Assembly: GCA_026026165.1 (NCBI GenBank)
Contig: JAPEUD010000004.1
Span: 434,001-498,000, forward strand
Source: Sarea resinae
Taxonomy: Eukaryota
DNA length: 64,000 nt
Direction: 5' to 3'
Notes under the pieces: model-generated
The model's input: only the letters and a program-made list of their open reading frames with translations
What the model was told of the DNA's origin: nothing
Database searches by the model: none
Shown here: positions 37,424-50,247 of the stretch, piece by piece
How positions within the stretch are numbered: position 1 is the stretch's first letter
How the letters are laid out: every line of letters begins with the position of its first letter
Program-made: the position numbers and the translations under genes

Positions 37424-38483
37424 GTGGAGGTGAGGATGGTTGAGGTGTAGTTTGATAGTGTGCCTTCGTAACAATTTCTTGATTTAGATGTCGAGAAGCA
37501 ACATTTGTATTGTTGATGGTTGGACGTGAAGTTCAAATCCGATTGCAGATCTAGGAGTCGAGTTGCAGGGGTCCATGCGAGCGGGATCTACTCTGGGGAT
37601 GGATATGTGGAATACTCCACTCTCCAGCAACCGCAACACAATACACCATCAAAGACATCATCGAAGACATGCTACAATGCCGCCGATCGCAATGGAGTTT
37701 TCTATGCCCTAGAATTGAGCTCTGCCATTCCTTCAACCGCAACGTCAGATGTGTCTTATCTGATATAAGATACCGAGGTGCGCGAAAGAGGGGGCTGAAC
37801 GAGAATATCGAACGCTGGACGATAACGCTGGTCTGCTCAAACGCCATGTGGCGCTGATTAGGCAGAGATCGCGGATTGTGCGTACAGCACGACCTGCTGC
37901 AGAGGAGTGATCGGAGATGCTTCATTTTCTTTGGTCGGCTGCATGGTTGGGGCAGGCCGAGGTCGCCGAATGGGCCAGAATTGGTAGATATTCGGTGTAG
38001 CACAGGATCACCAGCTCTCGGCGTCCTCAAGGGATGGCTTTGAGCTGAAGGGTCTGTCCCCGCACCCCATCCTTACCAAGCCACCTTGCCCTATGCTTAA
38101 CGCTCTGTACACCCTACGGACTGCGGCCAGCCGAGACGGCGCGTCATTACTGTCCAGGCTCTGTCAAAATCACCTTCTCTGTCTGGGGCATCCCCATGCT
38201 CATTGGCAAGGCGTTGATCTATGTTCGTTCGAAAAGCCTCGAATATGCCGGCTCTAGCTGCATCTCGTTATCAATATACTCATGCAGGCATGTCTGGCCG
38301 AGCTGTTGTCTGGCGCTGGTTTCCTCTTAGCCATTTCCTCCCACCAAGCTACTCTTTCATTGAGACTTCTATACTTGATGGGAGCTTTCAGTTGATTTTA
38401 CCTAAAGGGGAATCTGCCGGGGCTTGCAGCGTTCTTGCCCTTGCTTCGTCCCTTTCCCGGCTATCTCAAACGAAGAAAATGCA

Positions 38484-40717
38484 ATGAGAGATTCATGTCA
38501 GCATCTCAGCGTTGAATATCAGGATGGAATGAGTGAAGTTTGCATTCACCTAGAATTATATGAACTCAACTCACTACAGTGATGAATTTGCGCACGAGTC
38601 CTTGTCTATTTGATGAAAGTCATCTTCGCCAGCTTCTAGAAACCAACTTAATGACAGCACAACGAAAAACTTCAGGACATAATACGTCTTGGCTCTACCG
38701 TCAAGATGACTATTCGAAGGAGCATGTCCTTGGTTGCAATGGCATTCCTGTGGACGAGTTCACAGATCCCAGTCTACTTCTTTGGTATGTGCGAGATCCT
38801 TTAGAGAATCGACGGAAATGAGCTGACTGAACTTCTCGCTCAGGAGGGATTTCGCCCTACGTTTATGTCCGTTAATTACTTTGACAATGGTGCCGCTGAC
38901 TCACTAACTTCTCAAAGGGGGATATTGGAGGTGCGGATCGCTGGATTTGGTTTGTTCGTACCTCGTGAGGAAGCTGACGTCCCCTACTCAACTGACATAT
39001 GTTCAGATTCTAGCATATCTCTTATCACTGGCAGCTGTCTGTCCTTTTGTGGGCAGTGTATCTGACGTGATAGGCCGTCGATATGTGGCAATCATTGGCT
39101 CTTTCTTTATCATCCTCGGCATGACCGTAGCCAGTACGGCCCATATCATGAATACCTTCATTTGTGAGTTTCCAATCTAGCTCATCGCAGAATACACCGA
39201 GCCTGACACAATCAAAAGGCGGCATGGCACTGGCCGGGATTGGAGCTGGCATTGTTGAACTCACTGCGTTGGCCGTCGTATCCGAACTCGCTTCCGTGCG
39301 TAAACGAGGCACATACATTGCTGTTCTTGTCTTCACGATCCTGCCTTTCTCTCCCGCGGTGCTCTGGAGTCAGCTCATTGCTTTCCATTCGACATGGCGA
39401 TACTGCGGCCTTCTTGCTGGGGTGTGGGCATTCCTTGGTCTCATCCTAACGGCACTCTTCTATTGTCCACCACCAAGGGTCAACTCGGCAGGGTTGACGA
39501 GACGCCAAGTAATCCAGCAAATTGATTACGTGGGTGGGGTTCTGAGTATATCTGGGATGATACTGTTCCTTGCGGGGCTACAATGGGGTGGATATCAGGT
39601 ACGACTTCTATCGAAAGCTCAGACTGCTTTGCAGCGTTGACAAGGTCGGCAGTATCATTGGAGCACCGCTCATGTCCTGGCTCCACTGATCATAGGCTTC
39701 TGTCTCCTCGTCGCGTTCATAATATGGGAGGTGTTTGGCGCAAAGCATCCTATGTTTCCAGCCGGTCTAACCAATAGTCCGCGTGTGCTTACGCTGACAC
39801 TCATCATCACCTTCATCAGTGGTGCCAACTTCTTCTCCATCATAATGTTCTGGCCGACGGAAGCCTACAATGTCTACGGCCATGATCCTATCGAGGTAGG
39901 CCTTCGAGGGCTTCCGGTTGGCTTTTCCCTCCTCGTTGGGGCTTGCCTCGTCTTGTGGCTATTGACTACCTTCCGAGGCCACAATCGAGAATTGTTGATC
40001 TTTGCCTCAATGTGCATGACTGCAGGTCCGTTGACCCTTTTCTTATCCCCCATCTTGTCGAGAGTTTCAAGACCAAGAAACAGGCCTATCTTCCTAGACT
40101 ACAGGTTTCAGTGTAGTTAAAGCGATCTTGCGAAGCGTAATCAATACTAACTGGAGACTGATCTCGAAAAAGGTTGCGGTTCCCTCGCAGTCGCCACTCC
40201 CGGCAATCTGTCCACCGTCTGGGGCCTCCTCGTCCTAGCAGGCCTCGGTATAGGTGGAATCGTCGTCCCCGCTTCAATAATCAGCACGATCATCTGCCCT
40301 CCGGAATTCATCGGCACCATTGCGGCGCTCACCCTTGCCGTCCGCGTCCTCGGCGGCGGTATCGGCTATTGCGTCTACTACAACATATTCCTCAACAAGT
40401 TCATTCCGAATGCGGAACACTATATCGGCGGGGCCATGGTACTCGAACTTGGGATCACGAACGAGACGTACATCGCTGACGCTATCAAATTGACTGGTGC
40501 GAGTCTGATCCAGGATCTGAGGGCTATTCCTGGCATTGGCATGAACGAGACGGCTTATCAGATCGTGGTCGCTGCGGGTCAATTGGCGTATGCGGAAAGT
40601 TATAAGTGGGTGTATTACGCCAGCATTGCGTTTGGTGGGGTCAGTATCATCGCGGCGTGCTTCTTGGGGGATATCGGGCAGTTCATGGATGATTCTGTAG
40701 CTGTCGTGCTGGATTGA
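38484..40717 (+). CDS. MFS transporter, TRI12-like (fungal trichothecene efflux pump family)
   Basis: Multi-exon: MAFLWTSSQIPVYFFG|GISPYVY|GDIGGADRWIWF|ILAYLLSLAAVCPFVGSVSDVIGRR...IDYVGGVLSISG...GANFFS...YKWVYYASIAFG. 5' end uncertain (clear coding from ~38658). Confidence 0.85.
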
Positions 40718-42825
40718 TTGACTCCGTGGAAATTACGCAAGGAGCTGCTGGTCTATATCGATATGCGGCTTCTTTTTCCTTATGTATCATTAGGCAAATT
40801 GGGAAGCCCTGCAATTGCGAGATAAACAAGCCGGCCGCGTTCCTTGCTTTTCAGACTTCGGCCCATAGAGATGTTCGACCATGAATGCTGAATACTCGAC
40901 CATATTCATCTAGGGGTTGTGATTACGTAATCTGGCTTCCAAGGGAATGTTGGACAAGACAGTGGAGAAGAACAATATTGGCTCAAAAGTGAATTGCTTC
41001 CGTTCGAGATCAACACCTCGATCATCTTCATTCATCCTCCAAGTCATCCTTTCCCGAAGTAGTTACTACTGTTGGATGATGTGAAGTCCTCCTGCATCTC
41101 AGACTCTTATTCTGCTTTTGTTTTTCACATGAATCATGCCAGTCGACTTCATGATCTATTATGGATAGATGCGTGGATTTCTAATATCTAGGTTTTTCCT
41201 TACGTCTGTCTGCATTTCTCGACTCATTTTGCAGGTCTCCATGACCGCTGGAGAGCTTACCTGTCAGATCGCCATCTGACGTCCTTTGGACCTTTATTCT
41301 CTTCTTCTTGTCTTCCCCTCTTCTTCTATGCTTCACTATTGACTCCATTCATGCTGGCATCAACTCTGTCAGACTCTTTCAAGGCAGTGGATCATCATTT
41401 GGCTACTGCCTTTGCTCAAGTCTCGTCTACTCGCTACTAAGGATGGCCGAACTCCTTTGCATCTAACTTCACTTTTGATACCTAGAACATGATGGAATTT
41501 AACATCCTCGGCAGAACAAGGACGGACTATTATATTCATCTTTCTGCTGCGATTCAACATGGTCCCTAGGTTTCTTTATCAAGCCTCGTTTGTTGCTCTC
41601 CTGGAGAACATTATATCCGCGAAAGGTACCGTTCTCCAAGAGATGCACAATGGTTCGACGCTGTCTATCGCACTGGCTTTCTTCACGCACTGAATACATC
41701 GGAATGGGTCAGACTAATTGACATTTTTAGGACATTCATACAACCAGATCAGCGTTCCTTGCTATTCGCAGAAGTGAACCCGAATCTACGTTATAGGTGG
41801 CACATGGTGGGAAAGACAAGTCTTGTGTACTGAATGCCATCCGGGGGTCTATCTAATGTTATCGTATACCTTCTATTTTTTTTTTGTTTTTACCCTTTTT
41901 TCCGGTGCAAGGACCAGTAAATAGGCAAACCTGTTCCTACGTGCGCCAAAAAGGCTACTAAAGCCCGGCTCGTCCACGTTATATCTAGCTGTCTACTATA
42001 TAACAGCGCTCCACATATCCGGTTTCTGCTGAAAGGTGTATATTTTGCTTCATTGCACGCTCAAAAGTCATGATCTTCGAATTCAATGCTTCTTCAGCAT
42101 CAACCATTAGCAATTACCACTAATAGCGATTGAATGCTTTTCATAGTCATCAAGGTTTACACTTCAGGGACTTCGTGTCTCCTTTCATGTCGAGGTACTA
42201 TTCCAGAGCTCCTTCCCCGGCTGACAGATATTCTAGATCGGGCTGTCCTTGTTAGGCACTAAGTAAGTTCGAAACATCCAACACACATAGACGCGTTCTC
42301 TGGCGTGGTCCTCGCCTACAAAACAACCCAGGAATTCTGGCCTCGCATCATTATCATCTTTTCTGGCACCGTCAAGCCCAAGTCTGAAAGGGTGACTTAC
42401 CGCAGCAAAACATCCCCTTTCCAGCGGCCTCATGATATAGCCTGTGAGTATCTATCCTTATGATAAAGCTCTCTTTGTTGGTCGCTTTTTCTTCTTCCTC
42501 GTTTGAGACGGATGCTGTTGACCCTTTTTCAGACTGTCGCGCGTTCACGGCCATGTTTACATTTGCCAACAGGCTTGCGTTGTTCACCACAGCTAACCAT
42601 ACTCTTCTTAGATCCCCTTTCTCCAGTGTGCTAGGGGCATTACAATCCTCGAAAGCTAACCGCACCGAGAGACATCATCATCTCGAAAAGGCGAATCTCA
42701 TCGAAGCGGCCACGCACACGCTGTAGGATGTTTCATAAGTCATTCAAGTGTTAAAGCCCGCCGCCGCCTAGCCAAGGAATGTGCAAACATCGTCCCTGTT
42801 GCAACGATTCTCACCATCTCCGACT

Positions 42826-43573
42826 ATGACATCGCCCTCCTCTGCAGAGGTGTCAATCCGCGTCCCGACGATTGATCATTATGAGATGTTCATGTTCTCC
42901 GACGACTTCGAGCCTCTCTTTGACCTCACAAATCGCAGGCCTATACTGCATTACAATGCGAGCGAAGACGACTGGGGTGATTAATTTATAGGCCAGATGC
43001 GCACAGTAGCAGGCAGAGTCTATGGAATTGCTGAAAAACATGGAATTGAGGAGGGATGGGTGGTCTATCCAAAAGAAGGCTTCATTCCGTTGCTCGAGGG
43101 GCCAGCCCTTCCTGGATCGAGCGATGGCTATCATCACTTTATTCCCAATTCCGAATGCTCTCCGACGATGGTGCCAATCTCGCACTAGACGCGATTTGCC
43201 TTACAACTATGAATCGATCCTTGCTATCCTCCGAACGAGAAAGACTGTCACCAGGCTGTCCTCCTTTTCTAGACCAGTTCATCGGCTATCAAAGATGTGC
43301 ATGGAGCAGCCACTACCCCTTGCTCTGATCATGCTTGGATTCAAATATCAAGCAGACTCATGGACTATATCTCTAGATGTGGGTCTCCCCCAGCCCGCAA
43401 AGTTGATGCGACTGCATTTGGGAAATGTGCCTATGGGACCATCCCAATCTCAGCAGCAGACAAATGGTGCTGTGGAACGTCTTCGTCTTATGACATCCCA
43501 TGAATCATTATGCAAGAGCACGCCCGGTACTAAGCCGGGTGACGTAAACGCAAACATGGAAAAACAACCTTGA
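42826..43573 (+). pseudogene. Possible decayed gene of unknown family
   Basis: Consecutive same-frame ORFs 42826-42984 and 42997-43188 separated by a single TAA; protein-like composition; further stops or shifts downstream. Confidence 0.25.
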
Positions 43574-45167
43574 CTCGCAGGCTGATAGCAGCTGCACAAG
43601 GTGATCGGGACAGGCCGAACTATTCTCGGATTGAACTGTCAATTGCCGACTTCTCAATATTTACCATCCGCTTTGCGGCTTGCCGGACTTCGTTTACCCT
43701 TGTGCTGAGATTGATGGCTTGTCTAAGAGCAAACATCGATGCCGGTTCTCTCGGATATTATTGGGAGGGGAAAGAATGAGCCCTCAGACTCTGTTATCAA
43801 TGTCGTTCTCTCGAGATTCTACGGTCACTACCATCCAAGACGTGGTGGCATTGTAGGAGGAGAAATCGCTATTCCATAAGAGCATTAACCAGGAGCCCCC
43901 TAATTATTCTCCTCCTCGCAGCATCCATCACTAATTTGATGGCAAGCTATGATCAAAGCCGAAACTACCAGCGCAGAAGTTTGAGGAGATTTCAATGCCC
44001 TCATCAGCTTACCTTCTGTACCCAAAAGGAAAATGACTTGGGAAGGGGGCATCAAAGACATAGACGCAGCGCGAGGTTTCCCATTCGCAGGACCTACGCA
44101 AGCTACGAGACTACGGGGTGGAAAGAGCCCCTGTCGAGGTACAATGCGTGGCCGAACAAAAAGAAGTCTATAAGATAACGCTCCCTTTTCGGGTTCGGAT
44201 CTTCTACAGTCTCTTCCTCGGATGTCTGGGGCCGATATCCTTCGACATCTACGGCCATTATTGACCTTGTATCAACACCGCCATCGTAAACACCAACAAT
44301 CCGTTGACTTCTGCCCCACCCAAAAAAGAGATTCCAATTCACAATGGCGCCTCCAATGCTTGAGATCGTCAAAGCGAGTCTGTAAAAGCAGCAGCCCCAC
44401 GGAGTTTCGAAAACTCTCCAATCTCTATTGAAGACTGCGACTGGAAATCCAGGGGCATCATTCTTCGATTCCTCCTGCCGCCATTCTTGATTCATTGTCC
44501 CTTTCGACAATACCTTCAAAACAGCGATCATCCATTGAATTCCGCACCACAAAAGAAGGCGGATTACAATACAAATGCGTGGCAAAAGAACCTGAAGAAA
44601 CAGGAGCAGCAGACTTTTCGTGCCGAAAACTTTCCGTTTACGATCAAAGGCCACAGCCGGATAGGGAGGGTTCCTATCCCCAAACGGTACTGTCTTTACG
44701 GTTGTCTCGGCTCCTTAGTCTGGAATCCTTAGAGCTTCCACTCCGCCACAGCAACACTCTTCCAAAGGGGCTCGTCGCTTTCTAGAAACTGCCAGCTCAG
44801 ATATTGGTGATGAGCCATAGTCTGTAACACTCTATTGCTGATGATCCCAAGCGGAGAAGCCAAGACGACTGCATCTCATAATCTATCGAGCCTCGCATGA
44901 TAAGGGAATGCCACCAAGGACGGCTAGGCCGTGCCTCCCGCGCGAGTAGTGCGCCCAGATAGCGTCATTGCAACGCTTGTTGGGTATTCAAGATATAAGT
45001 TTCAAGGTGCCTAAGGGCTACACCTACTATAACATGGCTAGGAGATGCCCTAGGTCTCTATAGCAAGCTTGGAAGCAAAATCAAGACTAACGGACCAATG
45101 AATACCACTACAATACTCTGTTACCAGTAGGGCCAATGCACGAACGTTGAGCCCAAAGGCAGTGAAG

Positions 45168-46002
45168 ATGATTCAGCAGAAGTGGCTGCAGGAGACAAAT
45201 GAATCAACTGGCCGCAGATTCCTCATCCCTAGCAGGACAATGAAATACAAGACAAAAGAGGACAGAAGGAGGACGAAGAAAGCAAAATGTGATGCGGCAA
45301 GCATTCCGGCCCCGACCGCATCCGCAACCGCAACCGCTGGTCCCGCTGCCGGCACAACGTCCGATCAGTCAGTCAGTGCAATCGACCACCGATCCAAACG
45401 CTGTTCTCATGCAGTTGAGCCAGCGAATCGCCCGCTGTTCGAGGGATCTTTTGTGATTCGTGCCGGGGCCGTCAAGAGCGGGGTTGGGTGTTCGCCTGGC
45501 AGGCTGCGGACTTACTGGGAGGCACCCCCAATGGGGTCGTCGATAGGACTGGATGCTCCAGGCACTGGAACAGGTTCGCTTGGGGGGCGGGGGCGGTGTT
45601 CTGTACAGAACAAGACACATCTGCCCCATGCGTGTTGCTGTCCTCCCCGTCCCAAGGAGTGGTGTTATAGATCAGGATCTTTTTGGAGAAGTCTCTTTCG
45701 TGATTCGTGCTGGCGCGGTGAAGAGCACCGCTGGATACCCGACAGGCCCGTTGCGTTCCTACTGGGAGTATGACCCCCCATGGGCGCATCCATCGGCAGC
45801 CGGCCATGTCGGCACCGGTGTGTGCAACACTGACAGCTGTTAACCAACCCTCGAACGTGGATCATTTCAGGAGAAATCCATGGAAATCCTGAACAGATGG
45901 ATTGGAGAGCAAGGGACTCACATGAGCCAATATCAATCAGCCGCCGAAGAGCGGCTCCTTGTAGGATTGTTGTCACGGGCCGAGGTATTCACCACAAGAT
46001 GA
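45168..46002 (+). CDS. Putative orphan protein with a duplicated SFVIRAGAVKS...LR(T/S)YWE motif (spliced or frameshifted)
   Basis: Two motif copies at 45447 and 45694 differ only synonymously in the first 11 codons. Candidate introns 45574-45670 and 45820-45870 give one continuous frame. Confidence 0.4.
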
Positions 46003-46288
46003 GGCCATCGAGGGGTCTTTGATCACCTCGTGGCTCTATACCCTGGGCTTATACCCTCGCTCTACCTGCGTCATTGGCGAAAGAAGACTGTAGCTCCCAA
46101 GGAGGGATGTCTGAAGCTGGCGCTATCTCCCCCGAGATGATAGAAAACACGAATGCTTTTTCTTCCATCACCTCTTCACCTCTTTTCCATTTCATCTTCC
46201 TTTCTATCCTCAGCTTCTGATTGGTCGAAGATCGTCTAGTGAGCCAGTGAGCCAGCATTGTGAGGCGATCGCGTTGATACGATTGATA

Positions 46289-46314
46289 CCATCAACCATC
46301 AACCATCAACCATC
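46289..46314. repeat. (CCATCAA)n minisatellite
   Basis: ccatcaaccatcaaccatcaaccatc. Confidence 0.8.
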
Positions 46315-47849
46315 GAGCTTGCACAACCGCCGATGATGGGCTAGGCAGTGTATGGCTGGGGCACTTTCCGAGTAAATCTGCCCCGAGAATTACAGGGAAC
46401 GGAAGCTAGAAGCGTGTAGTCAAACGAGGGCATCCTCGAATGGTCGATTTAATTGGCCCAATTTCAGCATCTTCCAGCTCTAGAGTGGTCATCTCAAACT
46501 CGAATGTGTCTATCAGCATAGAAGATGGATCATGTAGCTAGCCGGTCTAGTTCTAGCAAGAGTCTGGACCGCCTCATTCGTTGGGCTTGCTTTAGAGACG
46601 GGGTCTTATACGGTTAAGCTTCTGCACGACCGTGAAAAGCCCCAAATCTCGTGGTGGTTCATAGAACTCAGCGTTTAGCTAACGGTATCGTGAATGATGA
46701 GATTGAGGTTCCTACGTTGATCGGTAATGAATGGAGGAAGGCTCGAGAAGTCTTGAGAAATCAATCGGACTCTGTAGGAAGAGAGTAGGGATCAGAGAAG
46801 ACATGGAAGCATTTGCGGGACGAGAAGAGAAGGCAATCTTCTCGTCATTGACACCTACTACAGAGACGACTCTTTCGGAGATTGATTTATGTCAATTCGA
46901 GCGGGTAGTCTTTTACGGCCGACGATGTCTCTTCTCGTCGCTGATGGCTTATCGCAGGGGTTTTCGGGCGCTGTTCTCATAGATAGACTCTTCGAACTCA
47001 TCAGAGGATCGCAGCAGAGAATACGGTCAATGTTTTTCAGACGACGGACAACTGCTGCAGGGGCAGGAGGATGTGGAAACGTCAAAATCAAGGTCGGACC
47101 AATACACCAACTATGATAACAACATCGTCGGTTCAGATTCTCTCGGGATGACCGGGGCGACAGAGACATTTCGGAATCATCTGTCTAGTTCAATCGAGGC
47201 GGATGAGATTGAAGGACTTCCAGGGCTTGATTTGGGTGTGGGAAGGGGTCCAAGCTCCGAAATCGGGGCCAAATTCTGAGACGTTCAACGATTTTTGTCC
47301 AAAACTCAGATATTCACCGCTAGGCTTCATGCATTAGTCGTAAATTCCAATTCTCTGCCTCCATCAGCTTCTCGAACCGTGATAATTGACGTTGTTGACA
47401 GTAGCACTAATGCGGATCCGGTATTTGACAGTTGCTGGTTGAGCGCATACCTGGATGGCTTCATCCGCACAGGGTGTTGCCAACGCGACCGCAATATGGA
47501 CGAACACCACACCTGACACCTGGTAATTGAAGGTATGTAATTAGAGACGATGCCTGTTCAAAAAGTCGAGGGCGTTTCCTGTAGAATTCAATCTTCCAGC
47601 GCATGTCCGTCGCCTGCGCTGTGAGCTCTTCCATCATCCTGTGACTGCTGCTTCACCACGGCAGTGGATCAGCACGCTGTGGCAAGCCGTTGAAGGCTCT
47701 TTTAAGGCTTCCTGTCCGATCTGTCAGATCCTCGAAGTTGGTTCCGTTCTGTTCGATGGCTCTAGGAGGAGATTCTGACGATAATAGTTCGACCTCGGTC
47801 GGTTCCACAACTTGCGCTGCCAGCATTAGACCCCAGCACCCCGAACGAG

Positions 47850-48131
47850 ATGTATGACCTCCCTGCTTTCCTCGGGTTCCTGGCTTTGATCTTTGCGGTA
47901 TATGGCGGGGTCTTCGCAATAGCCTACAAAATCGCGGAATACCACCCTAGACCACAGCAGGACGACGAAGAGATGGGGAGAGTGTGGCCGGGGAAAGAGG
48001 ATGAAGTGCCGATGCGCCGGGTTCGGCGGGTTCGGCGCCGCAGCCACACCCCGTTCACGATATTCGCGGTCCTTTGGATGCTGTCATTCATAGGAGCTTT
48101 GGCACTGAATATTTCCTACAACATACGTTAG
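47850..48131 (+). CDS. Putative small two-TM membrane protein (93 aa)
   Basis: ATG-initiated ORF with two hydrophobic helices (LPAFLGFLALIFAVYGGVFAIAY; PFTIFAVLWMLSFIGALAL) flanking an acidic then Arg-rich loop. Confidence 0.45.
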   Translation: MYDLPAFLGFLALIFAVYGGVFAIAYKIAEYHPRPQQDDEEMGRVWPGKEDEVPMRRVRRVRRRSHTPFTIFAVLWMLSFIGALALNISYNIR

Positions 48132-48846
48132 GATAGGGCGAGCGTGAGGTAAGAAGTGCTGTTCTTCAGGCGCAGTTTTGCTTTCGAGAGATTAGCTTGT
48201 TGACGATGACTAGAATTGTTCGAACTTGGTGTGCCGGCATATGGGCCTATCGCCAAATCAGCACCCAGCACCCCTTGCGCATGGCTTCGAGGGGTTGGCG
48301 GCGAATGGCACGGCGAAGTTGGATTTCTCTTTTGAAGGCGTTCGGGCCAGTAGTCTTATGCTCTATTCAATGCGGTCGTCCGCCAGACCAACATGATTAA
48401 TTCTCGACCATCTTTTTCAATCCATCCTTCAACTGCCATTGCGTTCTCTATCAAGGTCATCTAGGTGATCACCAAGGTAGCATAGGTATCACAAATAGCA
48501 CTGCAATAGCCTTGTTGGCCGTCCTTTTCGGGCAGGTAGAGAGTAGTCGACGAACCCCTTTAGGCAGTAAATCCCGGTGGCATCGTCATCCCTCCTCTAC
48601 GCGAGTCGCGTCTGCGCTGAGCGTCCGTGCCTCGGCCCTGACCAGTCAACAACAACATCATCATCATCATCGAACAACACAACCACCGACTACAGTCTTA
48701 CCCACGACCCCTCACCCTCGTTCACCACCCGACATCGCAAAGGCGCATCACAATACCAATCTTCCCGCGACCACATTCCTTCAAACCGCGCGCAATCTTC
48801 TCCACCACTCTTCAAACCTCGCACTCGTGCCGCGCGGACAACAGCC

Positions 48847-50247
48847 ATGGAGCCTCCCACATATGGCACTTCTGCTTCCCCACGCGCACATCGCTCACAA
48901 CGATCAAGCTCCGGCCCAGATACGCTAAGCCCGCCAACTTCACCACATCAGCAACCATCTAGGATACCAACACCGCGTCGATCTCCATTCCTTGATCCGC
49001 ACCTACAATCAAGACAGCAGCTAGGACCTCCCGCTCCTCCACCGAGCCAAGCACCACAATCGCGACTCCTCAGACAGGGGATTATCCCGACGGTTCTACC
49101 ACAGCCGCAGCCGCAACCGCAGCCGCAACCGCTTTCACAGCCCCAGTCGACCCCTCAAGGCTCCGCGCTGAGCCTCCCTCCAAATGTTACAATCGAGCCG
49201 TGTGCGCCTCATCACATCCCCGCTCTCAAGCGCCTAAATAGTCTCCTACTCCCGGTCAAGTACCCAGCATCTTTCTACACGGACATCGCAGAAGACCCTC
49301 TCACGGCCGAACTTACAAAAGTGGCCATCTGGCACGACATCCCGACGCGCTCGAAGAAAGCAACGTCCGCGCCTACAACCGAACGGGGCAGCAGCCGTCT
49401 CATCGGCGCCATCCGCTCGCGTCTCGAAGCCCAGCCGCCTTTCTCCCTCCCACCCTCCCTTCTCCCTCAAGAGAACAACCCTAACTACAGACAACCCCCT
49501 AGCTCCTCGTTTTCGATCCTTCCACCAACCCTCTATATTCAAACCCTGACGCTGTTATCCCCTTACCGTCATCTCGGGATCGCTTCCGCGCTGTTAGCCG
49601 CCCAGGCCCACACCGCCACCACCGTGCACGGCGCGAATATCGTGTACGCGCACGTCTGGGAAAAGAACGACGAGGCGCTCGACTGGTACGCGAAACGCGG
49701 ATTTGTCATTGGCGGGGAGGTACTAGAAGGGTATTATCGACGCCTGAATCCCGGGGGGGCCAGGGTCGTGGGCAGGAAATTGGGCGTGTGGGATGCGCTT
49801 CTTGGTGGTGCTGGTGCGGGGACGGGGCGGGATCCAAGGGCCGGGCAGACTACGACTACGGCTGCGTCAGCAGCTCCAGTGAGCATGGGCCCGGGCATGG
49901 ATATGGGAATGGAATTGGGATTGGAAGATCAGGTCCCCGCTCATGCGCATCATATCAGTCCCTTGGATTTCCGAGGGGGCGAAGACGACGATGGCTTCGA
50001 GAACGCGAATGAGAATGAAACGGGAGAGTCCTGGCTTCTTTCCCCCCATCCAGATACCGGAGGAAATCCGCATGGAGCCGATGACGACACGCATGATTCC
50101 CTTCCTGGCTATCCTGCGAGCAAAGGCCATCCGCATCAAAATGAGGAATCAGCATGCAAACAGAGAGATGCGAATGGAACTCTTGGGGCCGATGCTCCTG
50201 CTGACGCGGAAGCCGAGGCCGAGGCCGAGTGGGTGGTTGTGGACTAG
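48847..50247 (+). CDS. NAA50: N-terminal acetyltransferase Naa50/Nat5-like GNAT with long disordered extensions
   Basis: LKRLNSLLLPVKYPASFY, LYIQTLTLLSPYRHLGIASALL, YAHVWEKNDEALDWYAKRGF, GYYRRL. First ATG 48847. Confidence 0.8.
   Translation: MEPPTYGTSASPRAHRSQRSSSGPDTLSPPTSPHQQPSRIPTPRRSPFLDPHLQSRQQLGPPAPPPSQAPQSRLLRQGIIPTVLPQPQPQPQPQPLSQPQSTPQGSALSLPPNVTIEPCAPHHIPALKRLNSLLLPVKYPASFYTDIAEDPLTAELTKVAIWHDIPTRSKKATSAPTTERGSSRLIGAIRSRLEAQPPFSLPPSLLPQENNPNYRQPPSSSFSILPPTLYIQTLTLLSPYRHLGIASALLAAQAHTATTVHGANIVYAHVWEKNDEALDWYAKRGFVIGGEVLEGYYRRLNPGGARVVGRKLGVWDALLGGAGAGTGRDPRAGQTTTTAASAAPVSMGPGMDMGMELGLEDQVPAHAHHISPLDFRGGEDDDGFENANENETGESWLLSPHPDTGGNPHGADDDTHDSLPGYPASKGHPHQNEESACKQRDANGTLGADAPADAEAEAEAEWVVVD

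Noticed and set aside
35119..40717. DJ-1 + thioesterase + TRI12-like MFS as a secondary-metabolite cluster
   Set aside because: No PKS, NRPS, terpene synthase or tailoring enzymes nearby; the first two look like housekeeping genes.
41560..41720. Minus-strand RCIQCVKK...LCISWR fragment reminiscent of a Zn-cluster factor
   Set aside because: Incomplete cysteine pattern and immediate stops; too weak to call.
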